Of a stretch of DNA of 64,000 nt, positions 30,324-40,703 are shown piece by piece. Both the position numbers and the translations under genes were made by a program. The notes under the pieces are model-generated. The model had not been told where the DNA came from. It made no database searches and saw only the letters and a list, made by a program, of their open reading frames with translations. Within the stretch, counting starts at the first letter, position 1, and each line of letters starts with the position of its first letter. The DNA is from Longimicrobiales bacterium (GTDB lineage Bacteria; Gemmatimonadota; Gemmatimonadetes; Longimicrobiales; Gaopeijiaceae), in the NCBI GenBank assembly GCA_965249725.1, contig CBDFMQ010000001.1, positions 347,723-411,722 of the forward strand, written 5' to 3'.

Positions 30324-32248
30324 ACGCTTCGCCGCGTGGCCCCCGGTGGAACGGTTCGAACGGTTTCGTTTTCGTGAGACAGGTCCTGCCCTCGAACCAG
30401 TCTCTGGAAGACGCCGCATGACTCCATCAACTCTTCATAGGTCCCGCACCCGACGACCCGACCCTCGTCGAAGACGGCGATCTGATCACAGTCCATAACG
30501 GTCGAGATACGGTGAGCGACGTGGATCAACGTCAGATTGCCGGTGAGGCTCTCCACGGATCTCATCACGGCCGCCTCGGTCATCGTGTCCAAGGAACTCG
30601 TCGCCTCGTCGAGGACGAGCAACTGTGGCTTTCTGTAGAGTGCGCGCGCGATCCCGATGCGCTGGCGCTCCCCCCCGCTCAAACGGGCACCTCGCTCTCC
30701 CACTTCCGTGTTGATCCCGTTCGGCAGCTTCTCGACGAACCATAGGACTCGTGCGGCATCGAGGGCCTCTCTCACCCTGTCCTCGTCGATGTCGTCTGGA
30801 TCGAGTCCGAAGGCCACGTTGGCCGCAACGGTATCGTCCAGAAGGAAGATCTCCTGGGGAACCTGTCCGCAGAACTTCCTCCACACGCGCTCTCTACCGC
30901 CGTCGAGCGTCCAGTCGTCCAACGCCACATCGCCTTCCGAGGGCGTGATGAGGCCCATGAGCACGTCCGCGAAGGTCGACTTTCCCGAGCCGGAAGGGCC
31001 GACGAGGCCCAGCGTCGCGAACCGCGGAACGTGAATCGTCACGTTCTCCAGAGCGGGAGCTTCGCCTCCCGGGTACGAGAAGCAGATTTCGCTCGCCCTG
31101 AGTTCCTTCCAGTCTTCGGGAATCTCGCGTGGTTCCTGGCCGAGCGTCTCGCTCTCCCGAACTGCCAAGCGGTCGAGAACCGTCAGGTCCCCTCGGAGGG
31201 CTCCCACCGCCGGACGGTAGAACTGAAGTCGATTGGCGGCCTGGAATGCGTGCTGGAGCGACGGCAGGAGCTTGTACCCACCGAACGCATAAAGACCGAG
31301 CCGCGGTAGAATCGCCGAATCTCCGTTCGTGGATATGAAAAAGAACAGAGCCAAGAGAATGATCCCGCCGAACGCCACCGCTTCCATGATGAAGCGCGGA
31401 GCAAGGCCTATGAGCAGAGAACTCCGCATGGACCGGGAGAAAGCCTTGGCGGCCGGCGTGAATCCCGCGACGAACCGCTGCGGCCGGTCGGCGAGGACAT
31501 AGTCCTTGAAGCCACCGAAGGCGTCCTGAGAGAATCGGTACCGCTGGCGATCCGCCGACATGCGTCGCTCGCCAAGCCAGTTCTGGCGCCGCTTCACCAT
31601 CGGGTAGATGATCGCGTACATGGAGGCGAGCACGGTTGCCACAACCACCGCCAAGACGGGGTCCACGACGAGGAGCAGCGTGAAGATGACGAGACCGCTC
31701 AGCCCCTCCGAGACCAGGGTCACGATCTGCATCGCGACGCCCTCGCTGAGGCTGCCCGACTCGTTCATGAGCTTCTGCGTCAGGTCTGCGGAATGGCGGT
31801 TCCGAAACTCGAGGTAGGGAAGGGCCAGATATCGGGAGAACAGGTCCACCGTCACTCGGCTGTGCTGATCCCACACGAAGATCATCACCGACCGCATTCC
31901 CAGGGCCGTGAGGAGGTTCGCGCCGGAGATCACGATGATGGAAGCGACACCCGCGAAGACGACGAATTGGGACGGAGAGCCGAAGCCGACCCACTCGTAG
32001 ACGGCCGCCGCCCATGAATTGCTCTCAATCAGACCCGGATCCGACACCAGGGCCAGGAACGGCATGACCGAGGCGACGGAGACGGCTTGGAGGAGAGCGA
32101 TAACGAATGAAAACCCGATCGCGCCGCCGAGCCGGCGCTTTTCGGCGGGCGTGCAGAACGTGAGGTAGATGCGGATCGAACTCCAGATCGACGACTCCCT
32201 CGGCCGACCGTGGAGGTCTTGCTCGGCTTGCGCCTTGTCGTCCGTCAT
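30320..32248 (-). CDS. ABC transporter permease/ATP-binding protein, PglK/WlaB-like glycan flippase
   Basis: N-terminal TMD; GPSGSGKST, LSGGERQRIGIARALY, LDEATSSLD, AHR. Confidence 0.88.
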   Translation of the reverse strand: MTDDKAQAEQDLHGRPRESSIWSSIRIYLTFCTPAEKRRLGGAIGFSFVIALLQAVSVASVMPFLALVSDPGLIESNSWAAAVYEWVGFGSPSQFVVFAGVASIIVISGANLLTALGMRSVMIFVWDQHSRVTVDLFSRYLALPYLEFRNRHSADLTQKLMNESGSLSEGVAMQIVTLVSEGLSGLVIFTLLLVVDPVLAVVVATVLASMYAIIYPMVKRRQNWLGERRMSADRQRYRFSQDAFGGFKDYVLADRPQRFVAGFTPAAKAFSRSMRSSLLIGLAPRFIMEAVAFGGIILLALFFFISTNGDSAILPRLGLYAFGGYKLLPSLQHAFQAANRLQFYRPAVGALRGDLTVLDRLAVRESETLGQEPREIPEDWKELRASEICFSYPGGEAPALENVTIHVPRFATLGLVGPSGSGKSTFADVLMGLITPSEGDVALDDWTLDGGRERVWRKFCGQVPQEIFLLDDTVAANVAFGLDPDDIDEDRVREALDAARVLWFVEKLPNGINTEVGERGARLSGGERQRIGIARALYRKPQLLVLDEATSSLDTMTEAAVMRSVESLTGNLTLIHVAHRISTVMDCDQIAVFDEGRVVGCGTYEELMESCGVFQRLVRGQDLSHENETVRTVPPGATRRSV

Positions 32249-34119
32249 GCTTCGAAGGTCATGCGATACCATCGCCCGAAGTTGAGCCACCGCCAAACGA
32301 CCGGCGTGTAGGCCGTCTTACCGGAGATTACACGGTCGAAGTAGGGGAGCATTCGGTCCGTCCGCAAGAAGGGTACACCTCTGTTCATGCCCAGACTCTC
32401 TCGGACTGTGTCGGCCGCATCACCCATCCACGTCGATTCAGGCGTGGAGAATCCGATTTTGTCTCGTCGGTCCAAGATGGCGTCCGGGACGATGCCGCGC
32501 ATCGCGGATCGGAGAACGCGTTTCGACTCGCCATTGGCTCCGATCAGGTAGTCCTCCGGAAGACTCAGAAGCAGGTCGGCCAGGTCGGTCGTCAGAAACG
32601 GGAGGCGACTCTCGATGGAGAAGTGCATGGCGTTGCGATCTCCGTGACGAAGGAGCTTCGCCAGGTCGCCCCTCGCCACGACACGGGCCAGCTCCTCAAC
32701 GACCCTCCGTCCGGTGGCGCCGGTGGGTGGAGTCTCCGGCGCCAAACGGGCATCCACCTCGGCGTCCGCTAGCGCACTCGCGTCCACCCAGTCTGGGAAC
32801 CCGAATGACGCCCGTCCCCATGCGCCCCGTCGCGCCTGGAAGTGCATGAAGTCCCTCACGGCCCACGAGAAGCTCCGGCCCGGCCACTTGCCCCAGTTCC
32901 AGGCGAAGCGCAGCGCAGCCATCCAGCGGCCGGATTCGACCAGGCTCAGCAGGCGCTGGTTGGGATACCCGTGGTATCCCGCACAGAGCTCGTCCGCGCC
33001 TTGACCCTCGAGCGTGACGGGAATGCCGTTCTCGCGGGCCGTTCTGAACACACGGTATTGCGCGTAGATGCTGGATCCGCCGAAAGGCTCCCCCTGGGAC
33101 CGGATCAAGACGTCGAGGTCGTTTGCCAGTCCGGAAGGGGAGGCCGTCACAGCGTGGCCGCGACCACCGACCGTCTCGTTGACCAGATCGATCCACTTCA
33201 CCTCGGAGATCCGTGGATCGTCGGCCACGTAGCTGAACGTGTGAATCGGCAGATCGGGTGCCACATGGCGCATTCCGCATACGATGGCCGACGAGTCGAT
33301 TCCCCCGGAGAGCGCGGCTCCTACCGGAACGTCACTCCTCAGGTGCTGTCGGACGTCGTCCAGGAAGCGCTCCCGAACGGCTTCGACCGCCTGCGGGTAG
33401 GTAAGGGTCGATTCGGCGCGGAAGCGTGGCTCCCACCATCGGGGTAATGGCGCCAACTGCCCGCTCGATAGATCCAGGCGTAGGGCCGTGCCCTGCGGGA
33501 GATGGGAAGCGCCCTGAACGAACGACGCGTCCACCGTATCGTAGTCGCCATGAGCCAGGTAGTCGTAGCTGCGTTGCCAGTCGAGCCGGGGTTTGCCGGA
33601 CCGTAGCCGGAGGAGCGCCCCGAGCTCGGAGGCGAAGACCAACGCTCCCTCGGCATGGTCGAAGTACAGCGGCTTGATGCCGAAGGGGTCCCGCACGAGG
33701 GTGATCGTCTCGGCCTGTGAATCGTAGACGCAGAAGGCGTACATCCCCGTCAGCCGCGGTAGGCAAGCGGGGCCCCATTTCGCCCAAGCCTCGAGGAGCA
33801 CCTCCGAGTCCCCCGAAGAGCGGAATTGGACGCCTTCTCGTTCGAGTTCCCTTCGTAGCTCTACGTAGTTGTAGACCTCGCCGTTGTATACGAGCGCGTA
33901 CCGTCCACAGTGCGACCACATAGGCTGTCGCCCACGCTCCGTCAGATCGAGGATGGCGAGGCGGGTATGCCCGAGGGCCATGGTGCCCCTGTCCGAACGC
34001 CGGAACAGCGTGTCCTTTCCGTCGGGGCCACGATGCGTGAGCGCCTCGACCGCACCGGCGAGGCGGTTCTCGGCGTCGTGAGGCTCGTCCCGCCACCATG
34101 CCCCGGCGATTCCACACAT
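32245..34119 (-). CDS. asnB: Second asparagine synthase-like amidotransferase
   Basis: MCGIAG, HRGPD, NGEVYN, LSGGIDSS, GQGADE, ESRLPFL, KIGF. Confidence 0.92.
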   Translation of the reverse strand: MCGIAGAWWRDEPHDAENRLAGAVEALTHRGPDGKDTLFRRSDRGTMALGHTRLAILDLTERGRQPMWSHCGRYALVYNGEVYNYVELRRELEREGVQFRSSGDSEVLLEAWAKWGPACLPRLTGMYAFCVYDSQAETITLVRDPFGIKPLYFDHAEGALVFASELGALLRLRSGKPRLDWQRSYDYLAHGDYDTVDASFVQGASHLPQGTALRLDLSSGQLAPLPRWWEPRFRAESTLTYPQAVEAVRERFLDDVRQHLRSDVPVGAALSGGIDSSAIVCGMRHVAPDLPIHTFSYVADDPRISEVKWIDLVNETVGGRGHAVTASPSGLANDLDVLIRSQGEPFGGSSIYAQYRVFRTARENGIPVTLEGQGADELCAGYHGYPNQRLLSLVESGRWMAALRFAWNWGKWPGRSFSWAVRDFMHFQARRGAWGRASFGFPDWVDASALADAEVDARLAPETPPTGATGRRVVEELARVVARGDLAKLLRHGDRNAMHFSIESRLPFLTTDLADLLLSLPEDYLIGANGESKRVLRSAMRGIVPDAILDRRDKIGFSTPESTWMGDAADTVRESLGMNRGVPFLRTDRMLPYFDRVISGKTAYTPVVWRWLNFGRWYRMTFEA

Positions 34120-34145
34120 CGGTCAGCTACGCACCGGACGGGGGC

Positions 34146-35284
34146 TCATCGAGGCTCGCCCAACCAGAGACGCGACAAGACCGGACCATACCGGTCCATC
34201 GTGTGGTTCTGCCGAACCCAAGAAGCGTAGCCGGTTACGTCGACTCGCCCGGAGCGGACGTCGGCCACCGTTCGCCGGAGAACATCGGGTAGACCGTTCG
34301 CGTCCGTGACACGAATCGGACACCCATCGGGCAAGTGGCCTCGCAGGCTCCCGTCGATGCCACAAATGACGGCACACCCCCGCATCAGCGCTTCGACGCT
34401 CTGTAGGCCATACCAGCCGATCGTCAACTGATCCACGACGATATCGGCCCGATCGTAGAGCGCGAACAACATCGGCCGGGGAACGCTGTACACCGATCCG
34501 GTGTCCACCCCCAGCTCGTGGGTGAGGACTGGTTCACACCCGCGTCCTCGGCCTCGAGCGCCTTCGCTGCGGGCTCCAGCAGTGCCGTGCCTTTCATCGC
34601 AACGTTAGAGGGAGCGTGCAGTATGGTGACGTCGCCCGCCGCGTCGGGCAGGGTCAACTCTCCCCGCGGAGCCGAGCACTCTGCCTCGAATTTTTCGACG
34701 TCCAGGACGACCGGAACGAATTGAGCCGACGGCACGATCTCGAGTAGGTCGGGGGTCGAGACCAGAATGTGATCGGCGAAATCGACGGCGTCTTGGACGA
34801 GACGCCGCTGCCAAGCCGCCGAGAGAGGCGGCGCGTCGGCTTTGGTGGCGACCCCACGGAGGTGGCGATCCTTCCAGATCACGTACTCCGGGTTGCGGAT
34901 ATCCGTGCCCACGAAATGCACGATGACGCGCTTTCCAAGGAGCCGATAGAGTCGCAGCTCGAGCCGGCGCAACTTCCTCGTGAGAAGGGTCTCCCCCGAG
35001 AAGAAGTGAAGTATCTGGAAACGCCACAACGCCAGCACGAAGAACAGTAGGGCGTGCGTCCATTGGACCGGCGCTACGTGATCACTATACTGGACTTCGT
35101 AGGTGTAGCTGGTGGGATACTGTGCGTCGGAGACCTTGTGCTTCACGAAGGACTCGACGGTGATCTGGTCCCTTAAGTGCTGTTCGATCCACTTGGAATA
35201 GAGTTCGATCCGCCAGCCGATATCGACCGCGCCGAACAACAACCGCTTCTTTCCTCCACGCCGTTCACGGAAGGGCCATCCCAT
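34146..35284 (-). pseudogene. GT-B glycosyltransferase, frameshifted near 34530
   Basis: HF.GTDIR, VSTPDLL, ILHAPS...KGT in one frame; ADIVVDQL.IGWYG..SVEAL..G in the next frame. Confidence 0.75.
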
Positions 35285-35345
35285 CGGCAGAGAGCGACTC
35301 AGCAATCGAACGAGAATCCTCAACCTCCTGAGGCGTTTTTGGCTG

Positions 35346-36191
35346 TTGCCGGGACTCGAAGGTGTGGCTGCGGCCGCGTTTGGCGGGTCCCGACTCGGGA
35401 GCCGAAGATCACGGCTCCTTCCCAACTACTACCAGTTCCAGCAGCCATGTGAAAGGCTCGTGACGACCGACGAGGGGGTGACCTTCCTCGCCGACGTGGG
35501 CACGCTGTTGGGCTGGTGCCTGCGCTTCAGGATCGAGGATCCCTCGCTGAACGGGCTATTCGGGCTCCTGCGCCCGGGGATGACGGTCGTGGACGTCGGA
35601 GCCAACATCGGGTTCACGGCGCTCACGGCCGCGAAGCGGGTGGGTCCTTCCGGGAGAGTTATCGCTTTCGAGCCGCACGCCGCGAACTACGCTGCGCTCC
35701 AGGCAAACCTGAAGTTGAATCCAGGGCTGGGTGTGGAGGCGTTCAACGTCGGGCTCGCCCGGGCTTCGGGTGAGGCGAAGATGGTGGAGCCGTTCGCCAG
35801 GAACCCCGGAGGCTTCCGCATTTCGTCGGCCGCCACCGGAGAGAGCATAGCCCTCGAGTCGTTGGACGGGATCATCGAGCGTGAGGGGATCATGTCCGCC
35901 GACGTGCTGAAGATCGACACGGAGGGCTTCGAGCTCGAGGTGCTGACCGGAGCCGAACGTGTTCTGGAAGAGCACCGGCCCGCCATCTTCATCGAGTTGA
36001 GTGAGGACAACCTGCTGGACCAGGGATCGTCGTCCGCCGAGGTGATCTCGTTCTTGATGGACCGTGGCTACAGCGTTCAAGAGGCCGTTTCCGGGCAGCC
36101 GCTTGGGGTCGAGGCGGACTATGCGGGCTGTCATTGTGATGCGATCGCGGTGGCCGCAGATAGAGCCGATCCACACGATTCTTCCTTGTAG
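35346..36191 (+). CDS. FkbM-family methyltransferase (start uncertain)
   Basis: VDVGANIG, VIAFEP, LKIDTEGFELEVL.G, RPAIFIE. Confidence 0.88.
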   Translation: MPGLEGVAAAAFGGSRLGSRRSRLLPNYYQFQQPCERLVTTDEGVTFLADVGTLLGWCLRFRIEDPSLNGLFGLLRPGMTVVDVGANIGFTALTAAKRVGPSGRVIAFEPHAANYAALQANLKLNPGLGVEAFNVGLARASGEAKMVEPFARNPGGFRISSAATGESIALESLDGIIEREGIMSADVLKIDTEGFELEVLTGAERVLEEHRPAIFIELSEDNLLDQGSSSAEVISFLMDRGYSVQEAVSGQPLGVEADYAGCHCDAIAVAADRADPHDSSL

Positions 36192-36259
36192 CCGCTGTTC
36201 GCAGCGGTCATATTTCCGACGGCCACGCCACCCATCACCCAGCTGCGCATCCCGTACCT

Positions 36260-37591
36260 ATGACCCCATCGTCCATCGAACACCTACGCACCGGTGATCT
36301 GACCGTCGGCGTCATCGGCCTGGGATACGTCGGCCTCCCCCTCTCGGTCGAGATCGCCCGCGCGGGTCTCCGCTGCGTGGGCTTCGACGTGCTGCCGGAG
36401 GTGGCAGAGGGTCTGAACGCCGGCACCAGCCACATCGAGGACGTCACCGACGATGAGTTGGGGGAAGTGCTGGCGGGGGGCCGCTTCGAGGCGACCACTG
36501 ATATGTCCCGGCTCGCCGAGTGCGACGCCATTTCGATCTCGGTACCCACACCGCTCTCCAAGACCCAAGACCCGAACGTGTCCTACGTGATTGCGGCCTC
36601 GGAGGCAGTGGCCGCTACGCTGCGCCCCGGGCAACTCGTGGTGCTCGAGTCGACGACCTATCCGGGGACCACACGGGAGGTCCTCTTGCCGGCCCTGGAG
36701 CGGGCGGGTCTTCGTGCCGGTGAGGACTTCTTCCTGTGCTTCTCACCGGAGCGGGTCGACCCGGGCAACGCTGTATGGAAGACCAAAAACACGCCCAAGG
36801 TCATCGGGGGCATCACCCGCGCCTGTGCCGAAGCGGGTTTGGCGGTCTACGATCGGTTCATCGACACCATGGTGAGCGTCTCCTCCACGGAGGCGGCCGA
36901 GATGGTCAAGATCTTGGAAAACACGTTCCGTGCGGTGAACATCGGAATGGTGAACGAGGTCGCCCTGATCGCCGACCGCCTTGGAGTGGACGTCTGGGAG
37001 GTCATCGAGGCGGCGGCCACGAAACCCTTCGGCTTCATGAAGTTCACCCCGGGACCGGGACTCGGGGGCCACTGCATTCCGGTCGATCCGCACTACCTCG
37101 CCTGGAAGATGCGGACGCTCAACTACCGCACGCGCTTCATCGAACTCGCGTCCGAGGTCAACGCCGCGATGCCCCGTTTCGTTGTGAACAAGGTTCGGGA
37201 TGCACTCAACGCTCGCCGGAAGGCCGTGAACGGATCACATATCCTCGTGCTCGGGGTCGCGTACAAGAAGGACGTGAACGACATCCGCGAGTCGCCGGCT
37301 CTGGATATCATGAGGCTGCTTGCCGCCGACGGGGCAAGGGTGGAGTACCACGATCCGTTCGTCCCGGAGGTGTCCGAAGACGGCACGCGCCTCACCTCGG
37401 TGCCTCTGACGGACCAGGCCCTGTCCGAACCCGACGCCGTGGTGATCGTCACCGACCATTCGGATGTCGACTACGGTCGAGTGCTCGACCAGGCCGAGAT
37501 CGTCGTGGACACGCGCCATGTGACTCTGCCGTTCCTGGAGAAGGGCGACACACCGCCCCACTCATGGATCGTGAAGGGCTGGACCCCCTGA
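36260..37591 (+). CDS. Nucleotide-sugar 6-dehydrogenase, WbpA-like (UDP-GlcNAc to UDP-GlcNAcA)
   Basis: GLGYVG, LESTTYPGTT, SPERVDPG, ENTFRAVNI, GPGLGGHCIPVDP, D.RESP. Confidence 0.9.
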   Translation: MTPSSIEHLRTGDLTVGVIGLGYVGLPLSVEIARAGLRCVGFDVLPEVAEGLNAGTSHIEDVTDDELGEVLAGGRFEATTDMSRLAECDAISISVPTPLSKTQDPNVSYVIAASEAVAATLRPGQLVVLESTTYPGTTREVLLPALERAGLRAGEDFFLCFSPERVDPGNAVWKTKNTPKVIGGITRACAEAGLAVYDRFIDTMVSVSSTEAAEMVKILENTFRAVNIGMVNEVALIADRLGVDVWEVIEAAATKPFGFMKFTPGPGLGGHCIPVDPHYLAWKMRTLNYRTRFIELASEVNAAMPRFVVNKVRDALNARRKAVNGSHILVLGVAYKKDVNDIRESPALDIMRLLAADGARVEYHDPFVPEVSEDGTRLTSVPLTDQALSEPDAVVIVTDHSDVDYGRVLDQAEIVVDTRHVTLPFLEKGDTPPHSWIVKGWTP

Positions 37592-37616
37592 CGGCGAGGC
37601 CCAGCCCACCGACCTC

Positions 37617-38804
37617 ATGAGCCCTGTTCTCGTCCACCGCGTGATCGCTCGGCTCAACACCGGTGGGCCCGCCCTGCATGTGGTCAACCTCGCGGCCGGG
37701 CTCGATCCTACCCGGTTCGAGACGCGCCTGATCGCGGGGCGGATCACATCCGACGAGGGGGACATGACCTACTACGCCCGAGACCGCGGCGTGGCACTGG
37801 TCGAGATCGCGGGAATGTCGCGGGTTCTGTCGCCGTGGAAGGACCTTGCGACCGTGTTCAGGCTCTTCAGGATCTTCCGTAGGCAGCGCCCGGCGATCGT
37901 CCATACGCATACCGCGAAGGCCGGCACCGTTGCGCGCCTGGCCGCTTTGGCGGCCGGAGTGCCGGTGATTCTGCACACATTCCACGGGCACGTATTGGGC
38001 GGCCGGTACTTCTCTCCGCTGAAGACGCGGGTTTTCCTGGAGATCGAGCGCCAACTCGCGCGGGTCACGGATCGGTTGATCGTGCTCACCCTTACGCAGG
38101 CCGTCGAGATGTCCGAGGAGCTGCGCGTAGCACCGCTGGAGGACTTCGCGGTGATCCCTCTCGGGCTGGACTTGCAGCCCTTCGCAGACGTGGATCGAGG
38201 AGAGGCGCGCCAAGCCCTCCGAGCCCAGCTCGGGATCGAGGACGATCGCCCGGTGGTCGGCATCGTGGGCCGGATGGTACCGGTGAAGAACCACGAGCTC
38301 CTGTTCGATGCCATGGAGCTGCTTCAGGAACGCATGGACCCGGTGCCGCACGTCATCGTGGTCGGATCGGGGGAGAGGGAGGCGACGCTCAGGCGATACG
38401 CGGCTGAGAAGGGGCTGGACCGGCTGGTGCATTGGCTCGGCTGGAGGGAGGACCTACCCGACGTGTTTCCGGCCTTCGACGTGACCGCTCTCACGTCCTT
38501 CGATGAGGGGACTCCGGTCTCGCTCATGGAATCGCTGGTATCCGGCACGCCCGTAGTGTCCCGGGCGGTCGGGGGCGTGCCCGAGATGCTGGAGGACGGC
38601 CGGCTCGGGCGTCTGGTGTGGAGTGAGTCGGCCCGCGACTTTGCAAACGCGTTGGAAGCGACCTTGAGCGCGGTACCCGAGCCGGAGGATGCGGCTCGGG
38701 CGCGCGACACCGTTCTGGAGCGTTACTCGGTGGAGCGACTGGCTCGGGACATGAACGAACTCTACGTGGATGCGCTCGGGCGGGCCGGCATTCACATCAA
38801 CTGA
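37617..38804 (+). CDS. Glycosyltransferase family 4
   Basis: IARLNTGGPA, HTHTAKAG, HTFHGH, VGRMVPVKN, EGTPVSLME. Confidence 0.92.
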   Translation: MSPVLVHRVIARLNTGGPALHVVNLAAGLDPTRFETRLIAGRITSDEGDMTYYARDRGVALVEIAGMSRVLSPWKDLATVFRLFRIFRRQRPAIVHTHTAKAGTVARLAALAAGVPVILHTFHGHVLGGRYFSPLKTRVFLEIERQLARVTDRLIVLTLTQAVEMSEELRVAPLEDFAVIPLGLDLQPFADVDRGEARQALRAQLGIEDDRPVVGIVGRMVPVKNHELLFDAMELLQERMDPVPHVIVVGSGEREATLRRYAAEKGLDRLVHWLGWREDLPDVFPAFDVTALTSFDEGTPVSLMESLVSGTPVVSRAVGGVPEMLEDGRLGRLVWSESARDFANALEATLSAVPEPEDAARARDTVLERYSVERLARDMNELYVDALGRAGIHIN

Positions 38805-38811
38805 AATCACG

Positions 38812-39930
38812 ATGACGATTCCCTTCCTCGACCTTCGCCCCCAGTACGACTCGATCCAAGACGAGGTGGACGAAGCCGTCAGGGCTGTGGTCCACTCTCA
38901 GCATTTCATTTTGGGCGAGGCGGTAGAACGGCTCGAGACGAGCCTGGCCGAGTACATCGGGGTGGAGTACACCATCGGATGCGGGAGCGGTACGGACGCC
39001 CTTCTGTTGCCCCTACAGGCATTCCGGAAGCAATCCGACGACGAGGTCGTCGTGCCCGCCTTCACGTTCTTCGCCACGGCTGGAGCCGCGTGGAACGCCG
39101 GGTACCGCCCCGTCTTCTGCGACGTCGACCCGACGACCTTCAACGTGACCGCCGAGTCGGTGTCGGCGGCCTGGACGGATCGGGTCAGGGGTGTCATCCC
39201 GGTGCATCTCTACGGCCAGATGGCGCAGATGAGGGAGATCGTGGCGGTGGCGCGGGAGCGAGGGGGCTTCGTTCTCGAGGACGCTGCGCAGGCGATCGGG
39301 GCCTCCCAGTGCGGTACGTCAGGGGGCGCCATTTCGGCGGGAGCGGTCGGGGACGCGGGGGCGTTCAGCTTCTTCCCCACGAAGAACCTCGGGGGATTCG
39401 GGGATGGAGGCCTGATCTCGACGAACGATGCCCAACTCGCGGATGATCTCAGAAAGCGTCGCGTTCACGGTGGCTTGAAGATGTACCGCCACGAGATGGT
39501 GGGTACCAATAGCCGTCTGGACGCGCTCCAGGCCGCCGTTCTTTCGGCCAAGTTGCCCCATCTGGATGATTGGGCTGAGGCCCGGCGCCGGAACGCCGCC
39601 ATCTATGACGAAGTGCTGGCTGAGGTCCCCGAGGTGATCACTCCAGTGGTGACTCCGGGCAATCTCCACGTATACAACCAGTATACGGTACGCGTACGCC
39701 GGCGCGACGAACTTCGGAACCACCTGGGGGAGCGGGCCATCGGCAGCGCCATCTATTACCCGGTTCCGCTGCATCTTCAGGAGTGCTTTTCGGAGTTGGG
39801 ATACCGGGAAGGGGATCTGCCCGTCTCCGAGCAGCTATGTAAGGAGGTCGTCAGCTTGCCGATTTTCCCGGAGCTGGGCGAGGACCGAGTCACTGCCGTG
39901 GCCGAGGCCATCCGCGAGTTCTACCGGTGA
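38812..39930 (+). CDS. DegT/DnrJ/EryC1/StrS aminotransferase, WbpE-like
   Basis: SGTDAL, PVHLYGQ, EDAAQA, FSFFPTKNLG..GDGG, NSRLD.LQAA, SLPI. Confidence 0.92.
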   Translation: MTIPFLDLRPQYDSIQDEVDEAVRAVVHSQHFILGEAVERLETSLAEYIGVEYTIGCGSGTDALLLPLQAFRKQSDDEVVVPAFTFFATAGAAWNAGYRPVFCDVDPTTFNVTAESVSAAWTDRVRGVIPVHLYGQMAQMREIVAVARERGGFVLEDAAQAIGASQCGTSGGAISAGAVGDAGAFSFFPTKNLGGFGDGGLISTNDAQLADDLRKRRVHGGLKMYRHEMVGTNSRLDALQAAVLSAKLPHLDDWAEARRRNAAIYDEVLAEVPEVITPVVTPGNLHVYNQYTVRVRRRDELRNHLGERAIGSAIYYPVPLHLQECFSELGYREGDLPVSEQLCKEVVSLPIFPELGEDRVTAVAEAIREFYR

Positions 39931-40703
39931 AGGGTGTCGTTCTGGCCGGGGGCCTCGGGAGCCGTCTCCTGCCCATGACCCGAGTCACCAACAAACACCT
40001 CCTACCGGTCTTCGACCGGCCCATGATCTACTTCCCCATCCAACAGCTCGTGCACGCCGGGATCGACGAGATTCTGATCGTGACAGAGGGCAACAACGCC
40101 GGGGACTTTCTCAGACTCCTCGGCAACGGAACGGAATTCGGCCTCAAGGCGTTGCAATACACCTATCAAGAGAAGGAGGGTGGCATCGCTGAGGCCCTGG
40201 GCTTGGCGGAGCACTTCGCCGACGGCGGGCCTATCTGTGTGATTCTGGGCGACAACATCTTCGGTTCGCCCATCAAGCCCGCAGTCGACGCGTACCGAGA
40301 CGACCCCGAAGGTGCGATGGTGATGGTCAAGGAGGTGGATGATCCCCAGCGCTTCGGCGTGGCCGAGTTCGAGGAGGACCGGGTCGTGGGGATCGAAGAG
40401 AAGCCCGCTGAACCCCGCAGCAACTTCGCCGTCATCGGCTGCTATTTCTACGACCGTCACGTGTTCGACGCCGTGCGTTCGCTCGTGCGGTCCGAGCGAG
40501 GCGAGCTGGAGATCTCCGGCGTGAACAACCACTACCTCGCGGCCGGGACGCTTCGACACCACTTCGTGGAGGGCTGGTGGACAGACGCGGGTACGCTGCC
40601 CTCCCTCCACCGGGCCACGCGCCTTGTGGCCGACGCGGGGGATGAGCCGGTCCTGCGGCTTCCCCACGTGGCCGCGCCGGCCCGGCGGTCGACGGATCCT
40701 TGA
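39927..40703 (+). CDS. rfbA: Glucose-1-phosphate thymidylyltransferase (RmlA/SpsI-like)
   Basis: LAGGLGSRL.P, NKHLLP, LGDNI, EEKP, RGELEI, WTDAGT. Confidence 0.85.
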   Translation: MKGVVLAGGLGSRLLPMTRVTNKHLLPVFDRPMIYFPIQQLVHAGIDEILIVTEGNNAGDFLRLLGNGTEFGLKALQYTYQEKEGGIAEALGLAEHFADGGPICVILGDNIFGSPIKPAVDAYRDDPEGAMVMVKEVDDPQRFGVAEFEEDRVVGIEEKPAEPRSNFAVIGCYFYDRHVFDAVRSLVRSERGELEISGVNNHYLAAGTLRHHFVEGWWTDAGTLPSLHRATRLVADAGDEPVLRLPHVAAPARRSTDP

